Shown here in pieces: positions 1 through 8,773 of a stretch of 64,000 bases of DNA. This DNA comes from an uncultured delta proteobacterium (GTDB taxonomy: Bacteria > Myxococcota > Myxococcia > Myxococcales > Myxococcaceae), in the NCBI GenBank assembly GCA_963796055.1, contig CAWCKH010000004.1, positions 3,264,001 to 3,328,000 on the forward strand, written 5' to 3'. A program made the translations under genes and the position numbers. The notes below the pieces were generated by a model. It saw only the letters and a program-made list of their open reading frames with translations. It was not told where the DNA came from and searched no databases. Numbering within the stretch: position 1 is the first letter of the stretch; every line of letters starts with the position of its first letter.

Positions 1-1
1 C

Positions 2-1012
2 CAGGCTGGCGAGCCGCGACCCGCGACCACCGGGGCCATCCCGCTGCCGCCGGCAGTGGCCCCGCTGCACCTGACGCCTTCGCCCCTCGCTCCCCTGGCC
101 GGACCGAGTGCCTGGTCCGAGCCGCCACGGAGCACGGGCCCGGTCCCGCTGCCGCCGGCGGTGGCCCTGGTCCACGCGACCCCTGCGCCGGCGCCCGGTG
201 GGTGGCCACCTCCCGCGCCCGGGCCGAAGCCCTCGTCCACGCTGGAGAGCCACGTGGTCGTCCCGCTCCCGGCGGCCGGGGAACCGTCGGGCCCCATCTC
301 TGCTGGCCCCTCGCCGTCCCTCGATCCACTGCCCTGGGCGATGCCCCCGAGCGTGCATCCGCCCCCGATGGGCCCGGTCCCGCTTCCCGGGGCCTCGGGC
401 GCCGCGCCGCCTTACCCGCGGAGCCCGGCCGCGCCCCCGCCGGCGCCAGCCGCCACCTTCGCCGCCGCTCCACCGGCCGCTGCTGGCCAGGGGGCCGGGA
501 ACGACGCCTGGGGCGGGGAGGGCGATGGACCCACACTGCTCGCCCCCGAGGGGCCGGCGGCGGCCCTCGAGCTGCTGGCCGAGCCGCGCACCATCTCTGG
601 GCTCACTCCGCTGCCGGTGCTGCGGGACCCGCAGGCCGAGGCGGTGCGGATGCTCGAGCGTGCCCGGGAGCTGCAGAAGATGGACGACCACAGCGGCGCG
701 CGGGAGCTGCTGCTGCAGGCGCAGGCGCTCTTCCCGGAGCTGACCGGGCTGTCGGAGGCGCTGGCCCGCAGCGAGACCAAGCTCCAGACCATCTACGAGT
801 CGAAGATCGGCAAGCTCAGCGCCGTCCCCCGGGTGCGCTTGAAGGAGGACGAGGTCATCTGGCTGAACCTCGACCACCGCGCCGGGTTCATGCTGGCGCA
901 GATCGACGGGACGCTCAGCTTCGAAGATCTCTTTTCGGTGTCGGGAATGTCGCGGCTGGACACGGCGCGGATCCTCGCCCAGCTGCTGGACCAGCGGGTC
1001 ATCGTGAGCTGA
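2..1012 (+). CDS. Hypothetical protein, 5'-partial: Pro/Ala-rich linker followed by a conserved helical C-terminal domain
   Basis: Frame is open from the window edge; low-complexity Pro-rich N-part, then a globular C-terminus (EDEVIWLNLDHRAGFMLAQIDG...LSFEDLFSVSGMSRLDTARILAQL) with GC3-biased codons. Confidence 0.7.
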   Translation, partial: QAGEPRPATTGAIPLPPAVAPLHLTPSPLAPLAGPSAWSEPPRSTGPVPLPPAVALVHATPAPAPGGWPPPAPGPKPSSTLESHVVVPLPAAGEPSGPISAGPSPSLDPLPWAMPPSVHPPPMGPVPLPGASGAAPPYPRSPAAPPPAPAATFAAAPPAAAGQGAGNDAWGGEGDGPTLLAPEGPAAALELLAEPRTISGLTPLPVLRDPQAEAVRMLERARELQKMDDHSGARELLLQAQALFPELTGLSEALARSETKLQTIYESKIGKLSAVPRVRLKEDEVIWLNLDHRAGFMLAQIDGTLSFEDLFSVSGMSRLDTARILAQLLDQRVIVS

Positions 1013-1047
1013 GACGCCGCCGGCGTCGAGGGCTTGGGGCGCCGAGC

Positions 1048-2058
1048 TCAGCCGAGGGTGAGCTCCGGCCGCCGCCGCTGTCCCACCAGCGCCGCCCCCC
1101 AGCCGATCATCGGCGCCTCCACCCCGTGGTAGAGCAGCACCGGTGCCACCACCGAGAGCGCCGCGCAGATCACGATCCGCGTCCCCGGCGGTGCGCTACC
1201 CAGCCGGACGAAGGCGACCCAGAAGACGATGAGGTGGGAGAGGTAGATCCCGTACGAGTACCGGGCGATCCACTCCGCGGACTTCCGGATCCATGCCACG
1301 TCGACCTGGCGAAAGCGGCCCACCATCATTCCGAGGACCAGGCAGCCCAGCCAGCCCGCATCGAGCCCGAGTTGCCGGAGTCCCAAGGCCAGCGCGATGA
1401 CCAGCGGCCATCCGACCCAGTGGAAGCGCACCTCGGTTCTTCCTTCCATCGCAAAGGCCACCACTCCGGCGACGAAGCACGGGGCGTAGCGCAAGAGGTC
1501 CAGCCCGGCGGTTGGGATGGTCTCCTGGATCAAGGCCAGCATCAGCGCGAGGAGCCAGACGAGAATCGGCGCAGGCGCCCGAGGGTGTGTCACCCACAGG
1601 AACAGCGGGGGCAGGACCAGGTACATCTGCACCTCGTAGGGCAGGCTCCAGAGTGGATCGAGCACCGACGGGGCGAGGGTGAGGTTCTGGACCAGCGCCA
1701 GGTTGGCGGCGAGCTCGGACCACCCGGGCCACTGGTACGGGCGGGTGGGAAACGCGGGGATGCCCGCCATCACCACCAGGCACACCACCAGCACGCTCAG
1801 CGGATAGATGCGGAAGATGCGCCGGACGTAGAACCGCAGGGCGCGATCCTGCTCGGGAAGGCGGGCCAGCGTTCGCATCAGCACGCAGCTGGTGTGGACG
1901 AAGAAGACTGCCACCCCGCCCTGGGCCAGGGACCTGAACGAGAAAAAGCCCACCCGGTCCACGTTGCAGAGTTGCGCCAGGTGCCCGAAATAGACGGCGA
2001 GCACCGCACCCGCGCGCAGCAGATCGAGGTTGGCGAGGTGGTCGGCGCGGTCCTGCAG
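1048..2058 (-). CDS. Acyltransferase family 3 (OafA-like membrane O-acyltransferase)
   Basis: GVAVFFVHT, FYVRRIFRIYP, WSLPYEVQMY and SYGIYLSH motifs with many TM segments. The in-frame NLDLLRAGAVLAV motif lies upstream of the GTG at 2004, so the true start is probably near 2058 (start uncertain). Confidence 0.85.
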   Translation of the reverse strand: MQDRADHLANLDLLRAGAVLAVYFGHLAQLCNVDRVGFFSFRSLAQGGVAVFFVHTSCVLMRTLARLPEQDRALRFYVRRIFRIYPLSVLVVCLVVMAGIPAFPTRPYQWPGWSELAANLALVQNLTLAPSVLDPLWSLPYEVQMYLVLPPLFLWVTHPRAPAPILVWLLALMLALIQETIPTAGLDLLRYAPCFVAGVVAFAMEGRTEVRFHWVGWPLVIALALGLRQLGLDAGWLGCLVLGMMVGRFRQVDVAWIRKSAEWIARYSYGIYLSHLIVFWVAFVRLGSAPPGTRIVICAALSVVAPVLLYHGVEAPMIGWGAALVGQRRRPELTLG

Positions 2059-2128
2059 CGTGGGGTTCCCTGGGGAGGAGGAGCGTATCCGCAGCGCCTC
2101 GGGTCCGCCAGGTGGTCAATCCTGCGCC

Positions 2129-3154
2129 TCAGCCGCGGACGAAGGCGGTGAACCTCCCCCGCACCGCCAGCCGGCCGTGCTGGTTCACCGAGTCGGTGCG
2201 GACGACGAACAGCTCGTTGCCCCCCCGTGTGGAGTGGGACTCGAGCGTCCCGGTGGTCTGCAGCACGTCCCCTGGCCGGAGCACCTCGCGGAACTCGAAC
2301 TCCTGCTCGCCGTGCAGCACCCGGAAGACGTCCACCTCCATCGCCGGGTCGAGCACGGCGGCCTGGGCCGGGGCGATGGAGAACAGCACCGCGAACATCG
2401 GGAAGGCGATCATCGAGCCCCACGGCGACCGGGCCCCTGCCGCCTCGTCGTGGAGCACCGGGTGGAGGTCCGCCGGGAGCCCGGTCGAGACGTACGAGGG
2501 CACGCCGCCGGAGATGGCCACCGCGTACTCGCGCATCTTCTCCGCGCCCACCACGTAACGGAACGGGCCCCAGCTCCGGCCGATCGCGGTGCGGCCTGGA
2601 CCGTGGGCAGCCGTCGCTCCTCGAGCTGCCGGCGACGCGGGCCCGGGCGGTGGCGGCAGGCGCGCCTCCTCGAGCAGCTCCGGGCGCGACATCCGGAGCA
2701 CTTCGACCGCCTGGGCCACCTCGCGCGTCATGCCCGGCACGTCACCGACGGAGGCCGGCCCGGGCGGTCGCTCCCGCCCCTCGACCCGGACGTTCTTCAG
2801 CACCTCGTCCCCGGCCTGGTTCCGGGCGACGACGCTGGCCTTCACCGTCCCGCCCGCGACCTCGGTGAGCGTGCCTTCGAAGCGGACCGTGTCTTCGGGC
2901 CGCACCGGCTTGCTGAACCGCGCCTTCACCGAGGTCACCAGCCCAGGGTCGCCGAGGAAGCGCGCGAACGCGTCCACTCCCCAGGCCAGGGTGCAGAGTC
3001 CCTGCAAGATGACCCCACCGAGCCCTGCGGCCTGACCGACCTCCGGGTCGATGTGGATCGGATTGAAGTCGCCGCTCGCGCCCGCGTAATAGAACGAGCG
3101 GTAGCGATCGCACTCGCGCTCGAGCGAGAAGGTCTGTCCCACCTCGAGCCTCAC
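2129..3154 (-). CDS. Double hot-dog MaoC-family dehydratase (MaoC catalytic domain + MaoC_N/HadA-like domain)
   Basis: GTG at 3154 overlaps the upstream stop (GTGA); ASGDFNPIHIDP hydratase motif and GVILQGLCT in the N-domain; VLHGEQEFEF...PGD in the C-domain. Confidence 0.85.
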   Translation of the reverse strand: MRLEVGQTFSLERECDRYRSFYYAGASGDFNPIHIDPEVGQAAGLGGVILQGLCTLAWGVDAFARFLGDPGLVTSVKARFSKPVRPEDTVRFEGTLTEVAGGTVKASVVARNQAGDEVLKNVRVEGRERPPGPASVGDVPGMTREVAQAVEVLRMSRPELLEEARLPPPPGPASPAARGATAAHGPGRTAIGRSWGPFRYVVGAEKMREYAVAISGGVPSYVSTGLPADLHPVLHDEAAGARSPWGSMIAFPMFAVLFSIAPAQAAVLDPAMEVDVFRVLHGEQEFEFREVLRPGDVLQTTGTLESHSTRGGNELFVVRTDSVNQHGRLAVRGRFTAFVRG

Positions 3155-4275
3155 GCGTTCGCCTTCACGCCCTCGTCCAGCGGGTCCTCGACCAGCATCT
3201 CCGCCTCGGCGGCCTGCCGGCGGGCGTAGTCCTCGCGGACATAGGCGATGAGCGTGTCCAGGTACGTGGACAGCCGGGGACAGCGGATGTCCGTGCCGTC
3301 CAGCAGCTCCAGGGTGTTGGCGCTGGTGTACCAGGCCAGCTGGTTGATGTACCCCAGCGCCGCGCGCTGCGGCCGGGTCACGCGCTCCAGCAGCGGCAGC
3401 CGGAGGACGGCCTCGGCGGCGCGAGCGGGGAAGGTGAGCTTCGGGATGCGCCGGTGGGCGCGCTCGGCGATGAGCTCGTAGACCCGGGCCACGCTCATGG
3501 GGTTGGGGTCCACCAGGTGAAACGTCCGTCCCTTCGCCGCAGGGTCGCCGGCGAGGTGCACCGCGGCCCGCACCACGAAGTCCACCGGGACGACGTTCAG
3601 CGGGGCGATGCCGTTGCCCGGCAAGGGGAGCGGCACCACCAGCGGGCTCGCCACCAGGAGGATGCCGAGCGCATACGGTCCCTCGAAGCGGTCGATCTCC
3701 CCGGTCCGCGAGTCGCCCACCACGGTGGACGGACGGACGATGGTGATGGGGAGCGTTTCGGCCGCGCGGGCCACCGCCTTCTCCGCCTGGAACTTGGTCT
3801 CCTCCCAGGCGTTGCGGAACTCCTGTCCCTTGTCCAGCTCGTCCTCGGCGATGACCCCCTCGCGTGCCCCGGCGACGTGGCAGCTGCTGAAGTGCACCAG
3901 CCGCTCCAGCCGCCGGCACTCGCTCGCCAGCTCCAGCACGTTGCGCGTGCCGTCCACGTTGGTGCGCCAGGCCAGCTCGCGGGAGACGGTGAGCTGGTTC
4001 AGCGCCGCGAGGTGGAAGATGCGGGTCACGCTCCCGGCGACCCGCTCCACCTCCTCGCCCGACAGCCCGAGGTGCAGATCGGTCACGTCGCCGTCCAGCA
4101 CCTCCACCGGCGCGCCCCGCACCCGCGCGGCCAGGCCCCGGGCCTCGTCGAGGTGGCGGGGCTGCACCAGGGCGAGGATGCGCCCCGTGCCCTGCTGCGC
4201 GAGACGTTCCACCAGCCGCTTCCCGATGAAGCCCGGATAGCCGGTGACCAGCGTGGCGCCGTCGCTCGAGGGCAT
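3151..4275 (-). CDS. Extended SDR / NAD-binding oxidoreductase (thioester-reductase/male-sterility-like)
   Basis: VTGYPGFIG Rossmann motif, HLAA, NVDGT, WEETK (YxxxK equivalent), RPSTVVGDS. Confidence 0.85.
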   Translation of the reverse strand: MPSSDGATLVTGYPGFIGKRLVERLAQQGTGRILALVQPRHLDEARGLAARVRGAPVEVLDGDVTDLHLGLSGEEVERVAGSVTRIFHLAALNQLTVSRELAWRTNVDGTRNVLELASECRRLERLVHFSSCHVAGAREGVIAEDELDKGQEFRNAWEETKFQAEKAVARAAETLPITIVRPSTVVGDSRTGEIDRFEGPYALGILLVASPLVVPLPLPGNGIAPLNVVPVDFVVRAAVHLAGDPAAKGRTFHLVDPNPMSVARVYELIAERAHRRIPKLTFPARAAEAVLRLPLLERVTRPQRAALGYINQLAWYTSANTLELLDGTDIRCPRLSTYLDTLIAYVREDYARRQAAEAEMLVEDPLDEGVKANA

Positions 4276-4287
4276 GGGGAAGGGACC

Positions 4288-4884
4288 TTAGCCGCTCCCG
4301 CGGATCTCCTCCCAGATTCGCTGGACCTGGGCCTGCGCTTCTTCCAGCGAGCCGCCGTTCTCCACCACCCAGGTGGCGTGCGCCCGCTTGTCGGCCAGGG
4401 GCAGCTGCGCCGCCAGCCGCGCAGAGATGGCCGCCTCGTCGAGCCCGTCACGCTCGGCGAGGCGGGCCCGCTGCACCGCCTCGGGCGCCGCCACCAGGAT
4501 GACCCCGTCCATCCCGCGGTGGAGCCCGTTCTCGATGAGCAGCGCGGCGTCGTAGAGCACCACCTGGACGCCCGCCCGGGCCAGCGCCTCGGTCCGGCGC
4601 GCCACCTCCTCGCGGATGCGCGGGTGGACGATGGCCTCCAGCGCCCTCCGCTCGCCGGGGTCGGCGAAGATGCGCCGCCCGAGCTCCGTCCGGTCGAGCC
4701 GTCCCGAGGCGTCCACCACGCCAGGGAAGCGCCGGGCCACCTCCTGCAGCCCCGGGGTGCCGGGCTCGACCACCTCACGGGCCACCTGGTCGGCGTCGAT
4801 GACCTGGGCGCCGAGGGCGCGGAACATCTCGCTGACGGTACTCTTCCCCGAGCCGATCCCGCCGGTGAGCCCCACCACCCGCAT
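4288..4884 (-). CDS. coaE: Dephospho-CoA kinase
   Basis: MRVVGLTGGIGSGKSTV P-loop, IDADQVAREVV, LEAIVHP; ATG overlaps the upstream TGA. Confidence 0.95.
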   Translation of the reverse strand: MRVVGLTGGIGSGKSTVSEMFRALGAQVIDADQVAREVVEPGTPGLQEVARRFPGVVDASGRLDRTELGRRIFADPGERRALEAIVHPRIREEVARRTEALARAGVQVVLYDAALLIENGLHRGMDGVILVAAPEAVQRARLAERDGLDEAAISARLAAQLPLADKRAHATWVVENGGSLEEAQAQVQRIWEEIRGSG

Positions 4885-5408
4885 CAGTGCGGAGGCGCCG
4901 CCGCGGCCGGCGCCGGAGCCGGTGCGGGGGCGGGGCGGGGCGAGGTGTAGACGAAGGACTGAACCCGGTCGTCGGTCTCGTCGAAGAACACCGCCAGGCC
5001 GAGGCGCGGGTAGACGTAGTAGGTGCGGAAGTCGTCGGTCAGCTTCTTCTGGAAGCAGGCCGCCGGCTGGGGCGCGGAGGCCTTTGGGCAGGCCGGGCCG
5101 AAGGTGGCCTCCACCGTGTCGTGGTCGATGACCGTGGCCGGGAAGACGTCGATGCGCTGAACCACCCCGGTCGACGGGTCCACCCGGAACTGCGCCTGCG
5201 AGGTGCCCTTCATCGCCGCCGAGTCGGTGTAGGCGAGGACCTCCTTGCCAGAGACGGTGACCGTCTTGCTCGGAGCCCCGAACCGCTTCACCACCTCGTC
5301 CCGGCGGGTGACGCCAGGCTCGATCCCGTTCCAGGCCTTGGCCCGGGCCACCACCGCCACGAGGAGCAGCGTGACCAGGAGGAGGCGCCTCGGTGCCGGG
5401 CAACGCAT
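4884..5408 (-). CDS. Secreted hypothetical protein
   Basis: Signal-peptide-like N-terminus (MRCPAPRRLLLVTLLLVAVVARAKA), then WNGIEPGVTRRDEVVKRFGAP; Pro/Ala tail; coupled to coaE. Confidence 0.7.
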   Translation of the reverse strand: MRCPAPRRLLLVTLLLVAVVARAKAWNGIEPGVTRRDEVVKRFGAPSKTVTVSGKEVLAYTDSAAMKGTSQAQFRVDPSTGVVQRIDVFPATVIDHDTVEATFGPACPKASAPQPAACFQKKLTDDFRTYYVYPRLGLAVFFDETDDRVQSFVYTSPRPAPAPAPAPAAAAPPH

Positions 5409-5502
5409 CGTCGTCTGCCCTGGTCTACCCCGAGCGGCCGGACCCCTCAACCTTCTGCCGCTTGCCAGGGGGCGGGCCAATCTCGTATCTGCCCGGTGCT
5501 CG

Positions 5503-5985
5503 ATGACCCTCCGACGCGCAACCCGCTGGGCGCTGGCGCTTGCCGTGTTGTGCTCCGCGGTGGCGGTCGGCGCCGACTTCCTGGGCTCCGAGAGCTGCAA
5601 GGGCTGTCACCCCGACGCCTACGCGGCCTGGAGGTCGTCCAAGCACGCCCGGTCCATGGAGTCGCTCACCGTCGATCAGCAGCGCGACGCCCGCTGTACC
5701 ACCTGCCACGCGCCGAACCTCACCGATCAGGGCATGGCCGGCATCGGGTGCGAGACCTGCCACGGCGGTGGGCAGTACTACGCCCCGGCCTACGTGATGA
5801 GGGACGCGGAGCTGGCCCGGCTGGTGGGGCTGGTGGACCCGTCGGAGAAGTCCTGCCGGAGCTGTCACGAGCCCAGCTCGCCCTCCCTGCGTCCCTTCCA
5901 GTTCACCGAGAAGCTGAAGGCGATGGATCACTGGAGCGTGGAGCGACAGAAGCGCGGCTCGCCGTCCCCCCGCGCCGAGCGGTGA
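5503..5985 (+). CDS. Small tetraheme c-type cytochrome (c554-like family)
   Basis: Signal peptide and four CxxCH motifs (CKGCH, CTTCH, CETCH, CRSCH). Confidence 0.9.
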   Translation: MTLRRATRWALALAVLCSAVAVGADFLGSESCKGCHPDAYAAWRSSKHARSMESLTVDQQRDARCTTCHAPNLTDQGMAGIGCETCHGGGQYYAPAYVMRDAELARLVGLVDPSEKSCRSCHEPSSPSLRPFQFTEKLKAMDHWSVERQKRGSPSPRAER

Positions 5986-6587
5986 TTCGCGTCCTCGATG
6001 CCCGCTTCCTCACCACCGCGGTGGAGGAGGCCGGCTGGCCCTCCGCGGAGGTCCCGGAGATCGCCTTCGTCGGCCGCAGCAACGTGGGCAAGTCGTCGAT
6101 GATCAACGCCCTCACCGGCCGGCGAAAGCTGGTCCGGGTCTCGAACACGCCCGGGCGGACGCGCACCCTGAACTTCTTCGACGTGGTGCTCGAGCGCGAC
6201 CAGGCGCGCCGCGCCGTCCGGCTCGCCGACCTCCCCGGTTACGGCTTTGCCAAGGTGTCCAAGGCGGAGCGGGCGAGCTGGGAACGGATGATCACCACCT
6301 ACCTCGAGCGCCGTGCATCGCTCCGGGGCGTGGTCGCCATCGTGGACGCGGAGGTCGGGGCCACCGAGGACGACGTCCGCACACTGGCCTACCTCGTCGC
6401 CACCGGCCGGCGGGTGCTGGTGGCAGCGACCAAGCTCGACCGGCTCGGGAAGGCGCAGCGCAAGCCACGCCTGTCGGCGATCGCCGAGCGGCTGTCGGTC
6501 CCGCGTGACACCGTGCTGGGTTTCTCGGCAACGGAAAAGCTGGGCACGCCTGAAGTGTGGGAGTCGCTCTGGATCGCGACGTCATGA
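5982..6587 (+). CDS. engB: Ribosome biogenesis GTPase YihA/YsxC
   Basis: GRSNVGKSS (G1), PGRT (G2), DLPGYG (G3), TKLD (G4); GTG overlaps the cytochrome stop. Confidence 0.95.
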   Translation: MIRVLDARFLTTAVEEAGWPSAEVPEIAFVGRSNVGKSSMINALTGRRKLVRVSNTPGRTRTLNFFDVVLERDQARRAVRLADLPGYGFAKVSKAERASWERMITTYLERRASLRGVVAIVDAEVGATEDDVRTLAYLVATGRRVLVAATKLDRLGKAQRKPRLSAIAERLSVPRDTVLGFSATEKLGTPEVWESLWIATS

Positions 6588-6702
6588 AGGGTGCTCGAGT
6601 GTTGACCGACCGGGGAGGCCGCCCGATGATTCCCTGCTTGAAGGCCCTTCGTCTGCTCACCGGGCTGCCGGGCCCGTGCCGCCGCTCGTGGAGACAGCTT
6701 CG

Positions 6703-8682
6703 ATGACCCGCCGGGCGCTGCCGTTTCTGATGGTCGCCGCCGCGATCGCCACGGTCTCCGGCTGTACTTGCAGCGGTGACGTGTCGCGTTTCCCGGTGGT
6801 GACCACCCCGCCCGATGGCGGCGGCGGGGGCGGCAAGCCCGACGGCGGCGACGGGGGCGACGACGGCGGCCAGAACGTGATCGATCCCTGCCAGATCATC
6901 GTCTGCCCGCCGGTGGTGGACGGTGGCTTCAGCGGGACCATCGACTTCCCGCCGGACGGCGGCTTCAACCTCGACGGCGGGGTGGGCACCAGCGGTGACG
7001 GGGTGACGGTGGATCCCAACGGGAACATCACCCTCAACAGCCAGGACATCGAGATCAACTTCGCCTGGATCGCCAACTGGAAGATGGGCACCGTGTCGAA
7101 GTTCGACACCAAGAACCTGCTCCCGGACGGCGGCATCCACGAGGTGGGCCGCTACATCAGCGTGTTCCCCCTCGATGGGCTCGGCCGGCGCAACCACAGC
7201 TCCTCGGCCAGCGTCTACGACCCGAGCCGCACCGCGATCGACATCAATGGCGACATGTGGGTGGCCAACTTCGCCTCCCACGCCAACCAGTACTTCAGCG
7301 TCACCAAGGTCGCCGGCAGCCTCTTCAACTGCGTCGACCGGAACGGCAACGGGAAGATCGACACCAGCGCGGACGACCCGGCGGACGTGGCGAACTACGG
7401 CGTCATCCAGCCCAGCGAGTACCTGAACCCGAGCGACCCCAACAACCCGCTGCTCTACGACGAGTGCGTGCTCTTCACCCAGGAGCTCGGCAACATCAAC
7501 CCCAACGGCGCCTTCGGCGAGGGCTCCATCTCCATCGCCGCCGCGCCCGAGGGAGGCCCGGGCGACGTGTGGGTCGGCACCTGGATCGACCGGCGCATGT
7601 GGCGGCTCGATCCGTTCACCGGCGTCCCCAAGGCCATCCCCGCGGGAACCAACGTCGGCTCGCTGCCGGACGGCGGCGGGCAGTACATCTCGGTGCCGTC
7701 GATCGAGCCGTACGGGTCGGCGGTGGACGCCAAGAACCGGCTCTGGGTGGCGCACCGGGTGCAGAACACGGTGGCGGTGATCGACACCAACACCGCCTCG
7801 CTGCTCGCCGGGGCCATCTCCCCGCCCTCCGGCATCCCCCGCGGTGGCTATGGCATCGCGGTGGACAAGCAGGGGCGGGTCTGGGTGCCCAACTGGGGCT
7901 CGGGCCCGACGGCCACCCGGTACACCCCGCCGACGAGCGGGCCCATCGACGCCGGCACCTGGGACGTCTTCAACTACGGCGGCCTCACCTCGCCGAGCGG
8001 TACCAAGGTCGGCCAGGGCCGCGGGGTGACGGTGGACGACGACGGCTTCGTCTGGTTCAGCGGGGACCGGAACAACGCCGGCTCGGCGGCGCTGGTGTGG
8101 GGCGCGGACGTCAACGACGGCGGGGTACGGATGTTCCCCAGCGCCGGGACGCCCACCGGCCTGGTCGACGCCACCTCGGTCTGGAGCAAGACCAGCATCG
8201 GCATCGGCCTCGACCAGAACAAGAACCTCTGGGTCAACAACTCCACCGGCAACGTGATGCGAATCGACCGGGCGACCGGCGGGGTCATCACCTCGGCCAA
8301 CCAGGCCGGCGCGCTCTACACCTACTCGGACTTCACCGGGTACCAGCTGCGCCACATCACCCTGAACCAGGGCAGCTTCAGCCAGACGGTCTCCGGCTGC
8401 TCGCGCTACGCCGAGTGGGACACGGTCAGCTGGGATGCCATCACCCCGCCGAACACCTCGGTGGTGCTCTTCGTCCGGGGGTCGAACAACCTCGACTTCA
8501 CCGTGTCGCAGGAATACGGACCGTTCACCTCCACCCCGGCGAATCTCCAGGCGGCCCCGGGGCCGGTGCCCCAGTTCAAATATCTGTTGTTGAAGTTCCT
8601 CCTCACCAGCAAGGACGGAACGAGCCAGCCGACCCTCCGGAGCTTCAACGTCACCTCGAAGTGCCTGACCCCGCTCCAGTAG
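6703..8682 (+). CDS. Large secreted lipoprotein with a Vgb/NHL-like beta-propeller and DGG repeats
   Basis: Lipobox-like VSG-C; repeated propeller blades (AIDINGDMWVAN, AVDAKNRLWVA, AVDKQGRVWV, TVDDDGFVWF, GLDQNKNLWV); YTYSDFTG; DRNGNGKID Ca-binding-like loop. Confidence 0.8.
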   Translation: MTRRALPFLMVAAAIATVSGCTCSGDVSRFPVVTTPPDGGGGGGKPDGGDGGDDGGQNVIDPCQIIVCPPVVDGGFSGTIDFPPDGGFNLDGGVGTSGDGVTVDPNGNITLNSQDIEINFAWIANWKMGTVSKFDTKNLLPDGGIHEVGRYISVFPLDGLGRRNHSSSASVYDPSRTAIDINGDMWVANFASHANQYFSVTKVAGSLFNCVDRNGNGKIDTSADDPADVANYGVIQPSEYLNPSDPNNPLLYDECVLFTQELGNINPNGAFGEGSISIAAAPEGGPGDVWVGTWIDRRMWRLDPFTGVPKAIPAGTNVGSLPDGGGQYISVPSIEPYGSAVDAKNRLWVAHRVQNTVAVIDTNTASLLAGAISPPSGIPRGGYGIAVDKQGRVWVPNWGSGPTATRYTPPTSGPIDAGTWDVFNYGGLTSPSGTKVGQGRGVTVDDDGFVWFSGDRNNAGSAALVWGADVNDGGVRMFPSAGTPTGLVDATSVWSKTSIGIGLDQNKNLWVNNSTGNVMRIDRATGGVITSANQAGALYTYSDFTGYQLRHITLNQGSFSQTVSGCSRYAEWDTVSWDAITPPNTSVVLFVRGSNNLDFTVSQEYGPFTSTPANLQAAPGPVPQFKYLLLKFLLTSKDGTSQPTLRSFNVTSKCLTPLQ

Positions 8683-8773
8683 CTCGAGGGGTGGATTCTG
8701 CCCTGACGCCGAACTCCGCCCTCTGACCGCGGGGGTTGCGCAGTTGCCGCCCGCTGTGCAAGGCACGGCGGCC

